Source of the DNA: Hydrogenophilaceae bacterium
GTDB taxonomy: Bacteria; Pseudomonadota; Gammaproteobacteria; Burkholderiales; Thiobacillaceae
Length of the DNA stretch: 64,000 nucleotides
Assembly (NCBI GenBank): GCA_031426815.1
Contig: JASJPG010000027.1
Location: forward strand, 15,814-79,813
Reading direction: 5' to 3'
Below, one piece after another: positions 29,464 to 39,871 of the stretch; the first letter of the stretch is position 1; every line of letters begins with the position of its first letter. A program made the translations under genes and the position numbers. Below the pieces are notes generated by a model. That model worked only from the letters and a program-made list of their open reading frames with translations. It made no database searches and had not been told where the DNA came from.

Positions 29464-30623
29464 TCCTGCCAGGTGCAACGCTCGGCGTACTCGGTGGCGG
29501 CCAGCTCGGCCGCATGTTCACCCTGGCCGCCAAAGTCATGGGGTATCAGGTTGTGGTACTCGATCCGGATCCGGCCAGTCCGGCCGGGCAATTGGCGGAT
29601 ATCCACCTGAAGGCCGATTACCGGGATGCGGTCGCCCTGTTGCGCATGGGCAGCCTGTGCCAGGCAGTGACGACCGAGTTCGAAAACGTGCCGGCGGCCA
29701 GTCTGGAGATGCTGGCAAAACATTGTTACGTCGCACCGTCGCCGCAAGCGCTCGCGGTCGCACAGGATCGCCTGGCGGAAAAGACCCGCGCGCGTGAGTT
29801 CGGTTGCGAAACAGCGCCCTTCGCCAATATCGAAAACGAAGGTGATCTGCAGCATGCCTGGACGCTGATCGGCGCCCCGGCCTTGCTGAAGACGCGCCGC
29901 ATGGGCTACGACGGCAAAGGCCAGGCGCGCGTCGACAGTCTCGACGAACTGGTCGCCGCCTATGCCGAACTCGGCGGCGTGCCCTGCCTGCTGGAGGGTT
30001 TTCTACCGTTGGAGCGCGAAGTTTCAGTCGTCCTGGCGCGTAACCAGTCCGACGAAATTGCGTTCTTCCCGCTGGCGGAAAATCAGCATCGGCATGGCAT
30101 TCTGGATATCAGCATCGTGCCGGCACGGGTGCCGGACAGTCTCGCCGAAACGGCCCGCCAGATGGCTGCCGGCCTGGCGCGCGGACTCGATTACGTCGGC
30201 GTCATGGCGGTGGAGCTTTTCGTCCTGCGCGGTGACGACAACACGCATGGCCGCATCGTGTTCAACGAAATGGCGCCGCGCCCGCACAACAGCGGCCACT
30301 ACACGCTCGACGCCTGCGCCAGCGATCAATTCCAGCAGCAAGTCCGCGCCCTGTGCGGGCTGCCGCTGGGCGATGCGCGCCTGCTCACGCCAGCGGTGAT
30401 GGTCAATCTGCTCGGCGATGTCTGGTTTGGCGACCCCGCGCAAGCGGAACCGCGCTGGGATGTATTGCTCAAGCATCCGGGGGTGCAATTGCATCTTTAC
30501 GGCAAAGCGGAAGCCCGCCCCGGCCGCAAGATGGGGCACTACAACTGCCTCGCCGCGACCCTGGAAGACGCCTTGCAACTGGCCCTCGTCACCCGCGCCG
30601 AACTCGGTATCGGCACGGATTAA
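29460..30623 (+). CDS. purK: N5-carboxyaminoimidazole ribonucleotide synthase
   Basis: 387 aa ATP-grasp protein with a 4-nt overlap with purE. Confidence 0.93.
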   Translation: MILPGATLGVLGGGQLGRMFTLAAKVMGYQVVVLDPDPASPAGQLADIHLKADYRDAVALLRMGSLCQAVTTEFENVPAASLEMLAKHCYVAPSPQALAVAQDRLAEKTRAREFGCETAPFANIENEGDLQHAWTLIGAPALLKTRRMGYDGKGQARVDSLDELVAAYAELGGVPCLLEGFLPLEREVSVVLARNQSDEIAFFPLAENQHRHGILDISIVPARVPDSLAETARQMAAGLARGLDYVGVMAVELFVLRGDDNTHGRIVFNEMAPRPHNSGHYTLDACASDQFQQQVRALCGLPLGDARLLTPAVMVNLLGDVWFGDPAQAEPRWDVLLKHPGVQLHLYGKAEARPGRKMGHYNCLAATLEDALQLALVTRAELGIGTD

Positions 30624-31645
30624 TCGGCGCCCTCCTGCAAGGTCAGCACGATGACCTTGCCCTTTTGATCGAGCGTACGGATACGCACCGGCAACCAGCT
30701 ACGCGCCGGCGCCAGCCAGACATCCAGACTGCCTTCACCGCTACGGCTGCCTTGTAGCCGCAGCGTTTCAACACGTTCGTCTGTTAACTCCAGAACTTCC
30801 CGCCCGAGCACCTGAAAACCATATTCGCGCAGCTTCTTGCCGTTGGTCACCGGCAACGACCATGCCGCATCGTCTTCGCGTACCCGCATGGCCAGATGAA
30901 ACGGAAAGCTGAGCAGATCCTGTGCCTGCGGTGGCAAATCGACGCCACCGCTGGGCAGCAACAAGCGCTGTTGAGGCCAGTCGAAGCGAACCGGAGGCAG
31001 CCTCTTTTCGCCCTTGGCGCTCCAGAACTGCTCGGGTTGCAGGCCGCTTGCCGTCACTTTTCCCTCGCTGGTCTGAATGATCTTGCCACTGACGAACAAG
31101 GCGGCAATCCCGGTCGCCTCGGTCACACTGACCAACGAGTAGCGCCCATCGCCGATGCGCCCGCTGTAGGTGGTCTGGCCGACCGTGAAGCCGTCTTCAC
31201 CGGACTGCACGCCATAACGCAAAGCAATGCGTTCCGGCAGATTGCGCAATGCGCGCGACGTTGCGGGGGGAGGTGAAACCGCGGAGGGCGGATCACTCGG
31301 TGGCACCGGTTCTGGCGCAGGCACGAGCGGTTCGACCGCTCTGACGGGATTCGCCACCTGCGCTGGCGGCATGGCTTCCGCCGCGGGCGGCGGCGCGGCA
31401 ACCTCGACCTCGGCTGGCGGCACCGGCCGGGCTGCAAGCTTCACCTCAGCCTGCGGCTTTGCGCGCACGGTGGCCAGCGGCGCAGCGAGCGTAGGCGCGG
31501 GCGCGATCTCCAGCAGACGCGCTTCGATGGGAAATGGAATTTCAGGTGCCGGAGGCGTCCACCAATGGCTGGAACTTCCCGCCGCGATCAGATGCGCCAG
31601 CAGCGACAACAAAAGCGCTGCAAGGAAAATGCGCTGCCCGCGCAT
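30620..31645 (-). CDS. DUF3108-like protein with Pro/Ala-rich linker
   Basis: N-terminal TM segment, a P/A-rich spacer, then a beta-rich domain (RYGV...GRYSL...). It sits downstream of purN, a placement I recall for DUF3108. Confidence 0.65.
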   Translation of the reverse strand: MRGQRIFLAALLLSLLAHLIAAGSSSHWWTPPAPEIPFPIEARLLEIAPAPTLAAPLATVRAKPQAEVKLAARPVPPAEVEVAAPPPAAEAMPPAQVANPVRAVEPLVPAPEPVPPSDPPSAVSPPPATSRALRNLPERIALRYGVQSGEDGFTVGQTTYSGRIGDGRYSLVSVTEATGIAALFVSGKIIQTSEGKVTASGLQPEQFWSAKGEKRLPPVRFDWPQQRLLLPSGGVDLPPQAQDLLSFPFHLAMRVREDDAAWSLPVTNGKKLREYGFQVLGREVLELTDERVETLRLQGSRSGEGSLDVWLAPARSWLPVRIRTLDQKGKVIVLTLQEGAD

Positions 31646-31653
31646 GCGAGATT

Positions 31654-32316
31654 TCAGCCGGGGGGCAAATCGGAAGGCGAAATGAGCGCCACATCGGCAT
31701 GCAACGGCTGTTCCGACGCCACGGCAACGGTGCCGTTCTCACCGACCTGAACACGGCCTTGCGCCAGCCAGCGCACGACCAGCGGGAAAACGCGATGTTC
31801 CTGACGCAATACGCGCGCGGCCAGGCTATGCGGCGTGTCATCGGAGAGAACCGGCACCGCGGCCTGCGCGATGATCGGTCCGGCATCGACTTCCGGCGTC
31901 ACGAAATGCACTGTGCAGCCGTGCAGCTTGACGCCGGCGGCAATGGCACGAGCATGCGTATCGAGGCCCGGGAACGCCGGCAACAAGGCAGGGTGGACAT
32001 TGACCAGCCGGTTTTCATAATGGCGCACGAAGTCCGCCGTGAGCACGCGCATGAAGCCGGCCAGAATCACGACATCCGGCTGGTAGGTATCGATGCGCGC
32101 GGCCAAGGCCGTATCGAAGCTGGCGCGGTCGGGGAACTGGCCATGCTCCAGCACTTCGGTCGGCACGCCATGCGCGGCGGCGGTTTGCAGTCCCGGCGCA
32201 GATGCCTTGTTGCTGATCACGCCAGCGAACTGTACCGGCGCATCGCTGGGAAAATCGGCTTCCAGCAGCGCCCGCATGTTGCTGCCCCGGCCGGAGATCA
32301 GGATGACGACGCGCAT
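31654..32316 (-). CDS. purN: Phosphoribosylglycinamide formyltransferase
   Basis: 220 aa with VILISGRGSN and NVHPALLP motifs. Confidence 0.93.
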   Translation of the reverse strand: MRVVILISGRGSNMRALLEADFPSDAPVQFAGVISNKASAPGLQTAAAHGVPTEVLEHGQFPDRASFDTALAARIDTYQPDVVILAGFMRVLTADFVRHYENRLVNVHPALLPAFPGLDTHARAIAAGVKLHGCTVHFVTPEVDAGPIIAQAAVPVLSDDTPHSLAARVLRQEHRVFPLVVRWLAQGRVQVGENGTVAVASEQPLHADVALISPSDLPPG

Positions 32317-33353
32317 CAGACGATGACGGTCTGTTCCTGATCAAGCTCGCGACGCTGTATCTCGCCCAGCCGATACACGGTCTCGCCACGCTCGCTCAGG
32401 AAGCGCAGGGCAGTCTCGGCATCGGCGGCGGCGACGACGACGACCATGCCGATGCCGCAGTTGAAGGTGCGATGCATTTCATCCAGCGCGACATTGCCCT
32501 GCGCCTGCAACCACTGGAACACCGCCGGCCAGGTCCACGCATCCGCGCGTATCACCGCCGTAACATCATCCGGCAGGACACGCGGCACATTGCCGGTGAT
32601 GCCGCCGCCGGTGATGTGGGCCATACCCTTCACGGTGATTTCCTGCATCAAAGCCAGCAATGGTTTGACGTAAATACGGGTCGGTTCGAGCAGGGTTTCG
32701 CCCAGGCTGCGGCCATGGAAATCCGATGCAAGATCTGCGCCGCTGACTTCGACGATCTTGCGCACCAACGAATAGCCATTCGAATGCGGGCCGCTGGACG
32801 CCAGCCCGAGAAGGACGTCGCCGGGCACGATGTCGCGCCCGCTGATCAGGCGCGACTTTTCCGCCACGCCGACCGCAAAACCGGCCAGATCGTATTCGCC
32901 GGCCGGATACATGCCCGGCATCTCGGCGGTTTCGCCGCCGATCAGGGCGCAGCCGGAAAGCGTACAGCCGGTGGCGATGCCGGCGACGACCTGCTCCGCG
33001 ACATCCACATCGAGATGGCCGCAGGCAAAGTAATCGAGGAAGAACAGCGGTTCGGCGCCCTGCACCAGGATGTCGTTGACGCTCATAGCGACCAGGTCCT
33101 GGCCGATGGTGTCGTGCTTGTTCATCTGGAAGGCCAGCTTCAACTTGGTGCCGACGCCGTCGGTGCCGGAAATGAGCACCGGTTCACGATAGTTCTTGGG
33201 CAGTTCCATCAACGCGCCAAAGCCGCCAATGCCGCCCAGCACTTCCGGACGCAGCGTACGTTTGGCGTGGGGCTTGATGCGCTCCACCAGAGAATCGCCG
33301 GCATCGATATCGACGCCGGCATCGCGGTATGACAGGGAAGTTGTAGAGGTCAC
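32316..33353 (-). CDS. purM: Phosphoribosylformylglycinamidine cyclo-ligase
   Basis: The GTG at 33353 gives 345 aa starting [17 protein letters not shown]. The upstream ATG at 33407 adds an unlikely extension. Confidence 0.92.
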   Translation of the reverse strand: MTSTTSLSYRDAGVDIDAGDSLVERIKPHAKRTLRPEVLGGIGGFGALMELPKNYREPVLISGTDGVGTKLKLAFQMNKHDTIGQDLVAMSVNDILVQGAEPLFFLDYFACGHLDVDVAEQVVAGIATGCTLSGCALIGGETAEMPGMYPAGEYDLAGFAVGVAEKSRLISGRDIVPGDVLLGLASSGPHSNGYSLVRKIVEVSGADLASDFHGRSLGETLLEPTRIYVKPLLALMQEITVKGMAHITGGGITGNVPRVLPDDVTAVIRADAWTWPAVFQWLQAQGNVALDEMHRTFNCGIGMVVVVAAADAETALRFLSERGETVYRLGEIQRRELDQEQTVIV

Positions 33354-33399
33354 GGGAACGCCATCAGGACGGAAAAAAAACGGTGCTATTCTAGCCCAC

Positions 33400-34497
33400 A
33401 TGCACACCGAACCCTCTGACGGAACACCCGATCAACCGACCAGTAAGGCGGCAAATACCGCCCAAGTCGCTGTTTCCCCCATGCACTGGTTGCCCAACCT
33501 TGCCGTCGGCGGTGCCGGCGCATATTTGCTTTATTTGCTGTCGCCCATCCTGTCGCCATTCCTGCTCGCTGCAGCACTTGCCTACCTGTTCGACCCACTG
33601 GTCGATCGTCTGGAAGCGCGCAAGCTCAGTCGCACCGTCGGCACGGTCATCGTGCTGCTCGGGCTGGTACTGACCTTCGTGCTGCTGGCGCTGATCCTGG
33701 CGCCGCTGGTGCAGGCCGAAACCCGTCTGCTGATGCAGCAGATTCCAAAAGTGGTCGAATGGGGCAGCCAGACCCTGCTGCCGTGGCTGACCGCCACCTT
33801 CGGCATCGATCTGATGCGCGACCAGGAACAGGTCCTGGCCTGGCTCAAGGAACACGTCTCCGAGTTATCGCAACTAACCCGCTACCTGCCCAAATTGACC
33901 GATAGTGGCCTGGCGATTCTCGGCTTCCTCGCCAATCTGCTGCTGGTGCCGGTGGTGCTGTTCTACATGCTGCGCGACTGGGACCGCAGCCTCGCCCATC
34001 TGGCCGACTGGATTCCCGCGCCGCTGAAACCGAAGACTGTCGCCATCGCGCGGGAAATCGACCGCGTGCTGTCCGAATTCGTGCGCGGCCAGATCATGGT
34101 GATACTGGTCATGTGCGTGTTCTACAGCGCCGCGCTCTGGCTCGCCGGGCTCGATTACGCGCTGGCGGTCGGCCTGATCACCGGCATTCTGGTATTCGTG
34201 CCTTACCTGGGCATCGTGGTCGGCGTCCTGCTCGGCTCGCTGGCCGGCCTGGCCCAGTTCGGCACGCTCGCCGGCCTGTTGCCGATCTGGGGCGTGTTCG
34301 CCGTCGGCCAATTGCTGGAAGGCATGGCGGTGACGCCCTGGCTGGTCGGCGAGCGGGTCGGCCTGCACCCGGTCGCGGTGATCTTCGCGCTGATGGCATT
34401 CGGCCAACTGTTCGGCTTCGTCGGCATTCTGGTCGCCATCCCGGCCGCTGCCGCTTCACTGGTCGCGTTACGGCACCTGAAGGCGCAATTGGACTAA
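33400..34497 (+). CDS. AI-2E family transporter (PerM/YhhT-like)
   Basis: Polytopic protein. The ATG at 33400 avoids overlap with purM. The sequence pattern is typical of the family. Confidence 0.85.
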   Translation: MHTEPSDGTPDQPTSKAANTAQVAVSPMHWLPNLAVGGAGAYLLYLLSPILSPFLLAAALAYLFDPLVDRLEARKLSRTVGTVIVLLGLVLTFVLLALILAPLVQAETRLLMQQIPKVVEWGSQTLLPWLTATFGIDLMRDQEQVLAWLKEHVSELSQLTRYLPKLTDSGLAILGFLANLLLVPVVLFYMLRDWDRSLAHLADWIPAPLKPKTVAIAREIDRVLSEFVRGQIMVILVMCVFYSAALWLAGLDYALAVGLITGILVFVPYLGIVVGVLLGSLAGLAQFGTLAGLLPIWGVFAVGQLLEGMAVTPWLVGERVGLHPVAVIFALMAFGQLFGFVGILVAIPAAAASLVALRHLKAQLD

Positions 34498-34910
34498 TCC
34501 TCGCGGCGAAAATCGCCCTCGATCACATCGCCTGCGCTACGCGTTGGACCAGGCACGGGCGCCGGTCCGACCGGCTCCTCGCGCACCAATTTCGGCCGCG
34601 GCCAGAGCAGCAACGGCAGTGCGACGAGATCGCTGAACGGACCCGGCACAATCAGCAACACCCCAGCCAGGAATCGCCGCCCGCTCGCCCAGAGCAGGCC
34701 GAACGGCGCCTGCCCTTGTGCCAGCGCCTGCTGCAAACGCGGCATGAACGAGGCCCGTTCCTGACGGATCACGGCAGCCCCGATAAACATCGCCGCCAAC
34801 AGCCAAAGCAGCATCCACCCCAGGCCGATATGACTGGCGATCTGGTAGATGCCCACTATTTCCAGGGCCGGAATGGCGACGGCTATAATGCCCGCGATCC
34901 CTAATCTCAT
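34494..34910 (-). CDS. fxsA: FxsA-family membrane protein
   Basis: GGAG lies 8 nt upstream of the ATG at 34910. Starts MRLGIAG, has TM helices, and contains the LIVPGPFSD motif. Confidence 0.8.
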   Translation of the reverse strand: MRLGIAGIIAVAIPALEIVGIYQIASHIGLGWMLLWLLAAMFIGAAVIRQERASFMPRLQQALAQGQAPFGLLWASGRRFLAGVLLIVPGPFSDLVALPLLLWPRPKLVREEPVGPAPVPGPTRSAGDVIEGDFRRED

Positions 34911-35265
34911 GCGCTTTTCTCCAAGCCTGCTCTCTGTGCCCACAATTCGTCTCGTATTCACCACGCTGCCCGATGCCGAGACTGCCGGCAAAGTGGCCAG
35001 AAGTCTGGTTGAGATGCGACTTGCGGCTTGCGTGAATGTTCTCTCGCCCTGCCAATCGGTATACCGCTGGCAAGGCAATGTGCAGGAAGATGGGGAGATT
35101 CCGCTCATCATCAAGTCCACGGCGGAACTTTATCCTGCCCTGGAATCATACCTACGGCAAAACCATCCCTATACCTTGCCGGAAATTGTCGCCCTGGATG
35201 TCGCCCAGGGCTTGCCCGAATACCTGAGTTGGGTGGCCGCTTCTACCGGCACCCTGCAAGCCTGA
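34909..35265 (+). CDS. cutA: Divalent-cation tolerance protein CutA
   Basis: Contains RLVFTTLPD, AACVNVL and YRWQG motifs. The start is uncertain: ATG at 34849/34873/34888/34909 or GTG at 34936. Confidence 0.85.
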   Translation: MRFSPSLLSVPTIRLVFTTLPDAETAGKVARSLVEMRLAACVNVLSPCQSVYRWQGNVQEDGEIPLIIKSTAELYPALESYLRQNHPYTLPEIVALDVAQGLPEYLSWVAASTGTLQA

Positions 35266-35278
35266 ACGGAGTATCGCC

Positions 35279-37534
35279 ATGCGCTTTCTGCTCGCCCTCG
35301 CGCTGTTGCTGACGGGATTTGTTCATGCCGACGAGGAATTGCTGGAACCGGAAAAGGCCTTCCGTTACTCCGCCAGACTGCTTGAACCGGGCAAAGCCGA
35401 AGCCCGCTTTCAGATCGCCGATGGCTATTACCTGTATCGCGACAAGATCAAGTTTTCCGCCGAAGCCGGCATCAAGCTGGGCACACCGGTATTGCCCGCC
35501 GGCAAGATCAAGCAGGACGACAACTTCGGCAAGGTGGCAACCTACCGCGGCGACATTCGCGTGCGGATTCCCTTCACCTATACCGACGGTGCGGCGAAAA
35601 GCTTCAAACTGAATGCGACTTATCAGGGCTGCGCCGATCTGGGTGTCTGCTATCAGCCGCAAGACGGCGTTGCGACCATCGCCGCGGCGAGCCAGGCACC
35701 GACGGCAACGCCGGCAGCACCGGCCACGGTCATTCCCGTCGCGCTGCAGCAACAGAGCCCGGAAGCCCTGGCGCGGTTGAAGGCGCTGGCGAGCGATTTC
35801 GCGGGCGCACCGGCGGAACCCGAATTCCTGCCGCCGGAAGAAGCGTTCAAGCTGGTACTGGCGCCGCGTGCCGATGGCAATCTGGATGCCCGTTTCACCA
35901 TTGCCAAAGACTATTACCTGTATCGCGACAAAATCACCTTCAAGGTCGTCGAACCGGCCGGCGTCAGCGTTACCGGCATCGACTTCCCGACTGCGGAAGA
36001 AAAGTACGACCCCAACTTCGGCAAAATGTTTGTCTATCACCAGTCGTTCAGTGCGGTCGTACGCCTGTCCGGCGTCCCGGCTGGCACCAAAAGTCTGAGA
36101 CTGGAAACATCGCATCAGGGTTGCAGCGACAAGGGCATCTGCTATCCGCCGCTGGATCAGACGATGTTGGTCGATCTCACCGCAACGCCGGCGGCGATCA
36201 ACCCGCCTGCGCCGGAGAAAGCCGCCGAGCAAGACACGTCCGACACCGGCCGCGTCACCGCCATTCTGCAAGGCGGCAATTACTGGCTGGTGGTGGTCAG
36301 CTTCTTCGGCTTCGGCCTGCTGCTGTCCCTGACGCCGTGCGTATTCCCGATGATTCCGATCCTGTCCGGCATTATCGTCGGCCAGGGCCATCAAATCACC
36401 AAGCGCAAAGGCTTCCTGCTCTCGTTGGCCTACGTGCTCGGCATGGCGGTGACTTACGCCATGGCCGGCGTCGCCGCCGGTCTGTCCGGCACGCTGATTT
36501 CCAACGCGCTGCAGAACCCCTGGGCGCTGGGCACTGGAGCAGCCATCTTCGTGGCGCTGTCGCTGTCCATGTTCGGCTTCTTCGAATTGCAGATGCCCAG
36601 TTTCCTGCAAAGCCGCTTTACTGAAGCCAGCAACCGCATCCAGGGCGGCCGCTTCACCAGCGTGTTCGTGATGGGCGCCATCTCGGCGCTGATCGTCGGC
36701 CCCTGCGTCGCCGCGCCGCTGGCCGGCGCCCTGCTCTACATCAGCCAGACCAGCGATGTCGTGCTCGGCGGCGTCTCGTTGTTCTCGCTGGCGATCGGCA
36801 TGGGCATGCCGCTGTTGCTGATCGGCCTCTCGGCCGGCGCCTTGTTGCCCAGGGCCGGCGGCTGGATGGACGCGGTCAAACGCTTCTTCGGCGTCGCGCT
36901 ACTCGCCGTGGCAATCTGGCTGGTCTCACCGCTGCTGTCCGAAATCGTGCAGATGCTGTTGTGGGCCGCGCTGTTGATCATTTCCGCGATGTTCCTGCAT
37001 GCGCTGGAACCGCTGGCGGTCAATGCCAAAGGCTTCGCCCGCTTCTGGAAAGGTATCGGCATGATCGCGCTGATCGCCGGTGTCGCGCTGCTGTTGGGCG
37101 CGATGGGCGGCAGCCGCGATCTGCTGCAACCACTTTCGGTGTTCCAGGGCGGCGGCGCAGTAGCGGCAGAGAAACCGCACCTCACGTTCCGGCGCGTGAA
37201 AAACGTCGCCGATCTGGACGCTGCAATCCAAGGCGCCGGCGGCCGCGCCGTGATGCTCGATTTCTATGCCGACTGGTGCGTCTCCTGCAAGGAAATGGAG
37301 AAGCTTACCTTCACCGATGCCAAGGTCCAGGCCAAACTAAAAGACGTGTTGCTGCTGCAGGCCGACGTCACCGCCAACAGCGCCGAAGACAAGGAGCTGC
37401 TGGCCCGCTTCAAGCTGTTCGGCCCGCCCGGCATCGTGTTCTTCGACAAGACCGGCGCGGAAGTCGCCTACCGCGTGGTCGGTTATGAACCTGCCGAGAA
37501 ATTCCTCGACAGTCTGAACAAAGCGCTGCCTTGA
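35279..37534 (+). CDS. dsbD: Thiol:disulfide interchange protein DsbD with duplicated N-terminal domain
   Basis: 751 aa. Two nDsbD-like modules (YQGCADLGVCYQP and HQGCSDKGICYPP), a TM core with LTPCVFPMIP, and a C-terminal thioredoxin WCVSC. Confidence 0.9.
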   Translation: MRFLLALALLLTGFVHADEELLEPEKAFRYSARLLEPGKAEARFQIADGYYLYRDKIKFSAEAGIKLGTPVLPAGKIKQDDNFGKVATYRGDIRVRIPFTYTDGAAKSFKLNATYQGCADLGVCYQPQDGVATIAAASQAPTATPAAPATVIPVALQQQSPEALARLKALASDFAGAPAEPEFLPPEEAFKLVLAPRADGNLDARFTIAKDYYLYRDKITFKVVEPAGVSVTGIDFPTAEEKYDPNFGKMFVYHQSFSAVVRLSGVPAGTKSLRLETSHQGCSDKGICYPPLDQTMLVDLTATPAAINPPAPEKAAEQDTSDTGRVTAILQGGNYWLVVVSFFGFGLLLSLTPCVFPMIPILSGIIVGQGHQITKRKGFLLSLAYVLGMAVTYAMAGVAAGLSGTLISNALQNPWALGTGAAIFVALSLSMFGFFELQMPSFLQSRFTEASNRIQGGRFTSVFVMGAISALIVGPCVAAPLAGALLYISQTSDVVLGGVSLFSLAIGMGMPLLLIGLSAGALLPRAGGWMDAVKRFFGVALLAVAIWLVSPLLSEIVQMLLWAALLIISAMFLHALEPLAVNAKGFARFWKGIGMIALIAGVALLLGAMGGSRDLLQPLSVFQGGGAVAAEKPHLTFRRVKNVADLDAAIQGAGGRAVMLDFYADWCVSCKEMEKLTFTDAKVQAKLKDVLLLQADVTANSAEDKELLARFKLFGPPGIVFFDKTGAEVAYRVVGYEPAEKFLDSLNKALP

Positions 37535-37556
37535 TCTCAGCTTTGGAAAGGCGTCG

Positions 37557-38096
37557 ATGAAATCGCCTCGACTGGCCATGCTTGCCGTCGCGCTTGCGTT
37601 TGGTGCGGCACTGGTCGGTCAACGTTACTGGGCGGAGCCGCCGAACCCGCTGATCGGCACGCCGGAAGAGGTGCGGCCGGCCGCGTTCTGGGCGACGCAA
37701 TTGCCCGATCTGCAGAATCGGACGCAAGCGCTCAAGCAATGGCAAGGCAAGGTGCTGGTGGTGAATTTCTGGGCGCCCTGGTGCCCGCCCTGCCGGCAGG
37801 AAATTCCCGCTTTCATCCGCATGCAGGAACGCCTCGAAACACAAGGCTTGCAGTTCGTCGGCATCGCGCTCGATGAAGCCGACAAGGTCGCCGCCTTTGT
37901 CGCCGCAAGCGGCATCAATTACCCGATCCTGCTCGGCACTGCCGCTGCCGCGGCGCTGTCCGACAACGCCGGCAACCGCCAGGGCGGCCTGCCCTACACC
38001 GTGCTGTTCGACCGCCAGGGCAATGCCGTCGCCACGCTCACCGGCAGTGTCACCGAAGCGCGCCTGGAAACCCTGTTGAAACCGCTGCTTGAGTGA
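37557..38096 (+). CDS. TlpA-family periplasmic thiol-disulfide oxidoreductase
   Basis: Signal or anchor segment, then FWAPWCPPCRQE (CxxC thioredoxin fold). Confidence 0.8.
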   Translation: MKSPRLAMLAVALAFGAALVGQRYWAEPPNPLIGTPEEVRPAAFWATQLPDLQNRTQALKQWQGKVLVVNFWAPWCPPCRQEIPAFIRMQERLETQGLQFVGIALDEADKVAAFVAASGINYPILLGTAAAAALSDNAGNRQGGLPYTVLFDRQGNAVATLTGSVTEARLETLLKPLLE

Positions 38097-38859
38097 CCAA
38101 ACCGTGACCCCAACCGCACAACCCGTCACCCCGTCGCGCTCGTTGCTCAGCGCCGCCGGCCGCGCCATCGGCGATTACGCGATGATTCGCGACGGCGACC
38201 GGATACTGCTCGGCCTCTCCGGCGGCAAGGACAGTCTGTCGCTGCTGCACATCCTGCTGCATCTGCAGAAAAAGGCGCCGATCAAATTCGAACTCGCCGC
38301 CTGCACGGTCGACCCGCAATCGCCGGAATACGATCCATCGCCATTGAAAGCCTATCTGGCCGATCTGGGCGTGCCGTATTTCTACGAATCGCAGCCGATT
38401 CTGGAGCAGGCCGAAACCCATATGAAGGGCACCTCCTTCTGCGCCTATTGCTCGCGTATGCGGCGCGGCATTCTGTACGCACAAGCCCGCCTGCATGGCT
38501 ACAACGTCCTGGCGCTGGCGCAGCATCTGGACGATCTGGCGGAAAGCTTTCTGATGAGCGCCTTCTTCGGCGGCAAGCTGCGCACCATGCAGGCGCATTA
38601 CCTGAACGACGCCGGCGATGTGCGCGTGATCCGGCCGCTGATCTATGCGCGCGAGCGGCAGACTCGCGATTTCGCGAAGAATGCCGGATTGCCAGTCATC
38701 TTCGAAAACTGCCCGGCCTGCTTTTCCATGCCGATGCAGCGCATGCACATGAAGCAATTGCTGGCCGAACAGGAAAAGCAGCATCCGCAACTGTTTGCCA
38801 ATCTGCTCACCGCGATGAAGCCGCTGATGGCATTGCAAGGCCCGGAGAGCGAATCATGA
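38089..38859 (+). CDS. ttcA: tRNA 2-thiocytidine biosynthesis protein TtcA
   Basis: PP-loop LGLSGGKDS, plus CAYCSRMRR and CPAC cysteine pairs. The start is TTG at 38089 or GTG at 38104. Confidence 0.9.
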   Translation: MSDQTVTPTAQPVTPSRSLLSAAGRAIGDYAMIRDGDRILLGLSGGKDSLSLLHILLHLQKKAPIKFELAACTVDPQSPEYDPSPLKAYLADLGVPYFYESQPILEQAETHMKGTSFCAYCSRMRRGILYAQARLHGYNVLALAQHLDDLAESFLMSAFFGGKLRTMQAHYLNDAGDVRVIRPLIYARERQTRDFAKNAGLPVIFENCPACFSMPMQRMHMKQLLAEQEKQHPQLFANLLTAMKPLMALQGPESES

Positions 38860-38869
38860 GAACTGATGT

Positions 38870-39703
38870 ATGAGCACCTATGTCGTCGGCGATATCCAGG
38901 GCTGCCATGCCGCGCTGGAACAACTGCTCGCAGCACTCGAATTCGACCGCAAACAAGATCGCCTCTGGATTACCGGCGATCTGGTCAACCGCGGCGAGGA
39001 TTCGCTGGCCGTGCTGCGTTGGTGCGTGGCGCACGACGATTGCGTCGTCGCCGTGCTGGGCAATCACGACCTGCATCTGCTGGCCGTGGCGGAAGGCTTC
39101 GTGCCGCCGCACCGCAAGGACACGCTGGAGACCATACTCGCTGCGCCCGACCGAGACCTGTTGCTGACCTGGTTGCGCCAGCGTCCGCTGCTGCATCGCG
39201 ACGGCCCCTGGTTGATGGTGCATGCCGGGCTGCCGCCGGAATGGGATGCGCAGCAGGCGCAGGCCTTGGCCGGCGAACTTGAATCCGCGCTGCGCGGGCC
39301 GGATTGGCGCAACTTCCTCGCCCAGATGTACGGCAACGAACCGCGCCGCTGGTCGCCCGATCTACGCGATCAGGAGCGCCTGCGTTTCATCGCCAACACG
39401 TTGACCCGCACCCGCTACCTGCACCCGGACGGCAGCCTGGAATTCCAGCACAAGCTCGGCCTCGGCACCGCGCCGGCCGACCTGACGCCATGGTTCGATT
39501 TCCCCGGTCGCGCCAGTGCCGGCGGCAAGGACAGCGTGCGCATTCTGTTCGGCCACTGGTCGACACTGGGTCTCTTGGTCAGGGAAGATGTCATCGCGCT
39601 CGATACCGGTTGCCTGTGGGGCGGCGCGCTCACCGCCTTCCGACTGGACGACGAGCAGTGTTTCCAGGTGCGCTGTTCAGCACGAGGGACGCCGAATTCG
39701 TAA
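38870..39703 (+). CDS. apaH: Bis(5'-nucleosyl)-tetraphosphatase, symmetrical
   Basis: Contains MSTYVVGDIQGC, GDLVNRG and GNHD metallophosphatase motifs. Confidence 0.93.
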   Translation: MSTYVVGDIQGCHAALEQLLAALEFDRKQDRLWITGDLVNRGEDSLAVLRWCVAHDDCVVAVLGNHDLHLLAVAEGFVPPHRKDTLETILAAPDRDLLLTWLRQRPLLHRDGPWLMVHAGLPPEWDAQQAQALAGELESALRGPDWRNFLAQMYGNEPRRWSPDLRDQERLRFIANTLTRTRYLHPDGSLEFQHKLGLGTAPADLTPWFDFPGRASAGGKDSVRILFGHWSTLGLLVREDVIALDTGCLWGGALTAFRLDDEQCFQVRCSARGTPNS

Positions 39704-39798
39704 GCCCCGTAGGGGGTATATGGACTCCTCCCGACAATCAAGGGCCAGGTCGGGGTATTTTTTCAGGGTTGGGGGCGGCCGGATCGGAGTGAGCTGCA

Positions 39799-39871
39799 GA
39801 GTTATCCACGGCCGCCCGCCCGGGAGCGCGCCTCTCACGCTGGCGGGAGGGCGGGCGGCGGTGGATAACTC
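39799..39871. repeat. Long imperfect palindrome (23-bp arms)
   Basis: GAGTTATCCACGGCCGCCCGCCC...GGGCGGGCGGCGGTGGATAACTC with one mismatch and a loop of about 27 nt. Each arm contains TTATCCAC. Confidence 0.8.

Noticed and set aside
39799-39871. Two inverted DnaA-box-like TTATCCAC sequences as a possible replication origin or DnaA-titration site.
   Set aside because: About one chance occurrence of this 8-mer is expected in 64 kb on both strands, and the second copy is simply the other arm of the palindrome. There is no AT-rich unwinding element, no dnaA, and no further boxes nearby. I kept it only as a remark within the IS 3'-region finding.
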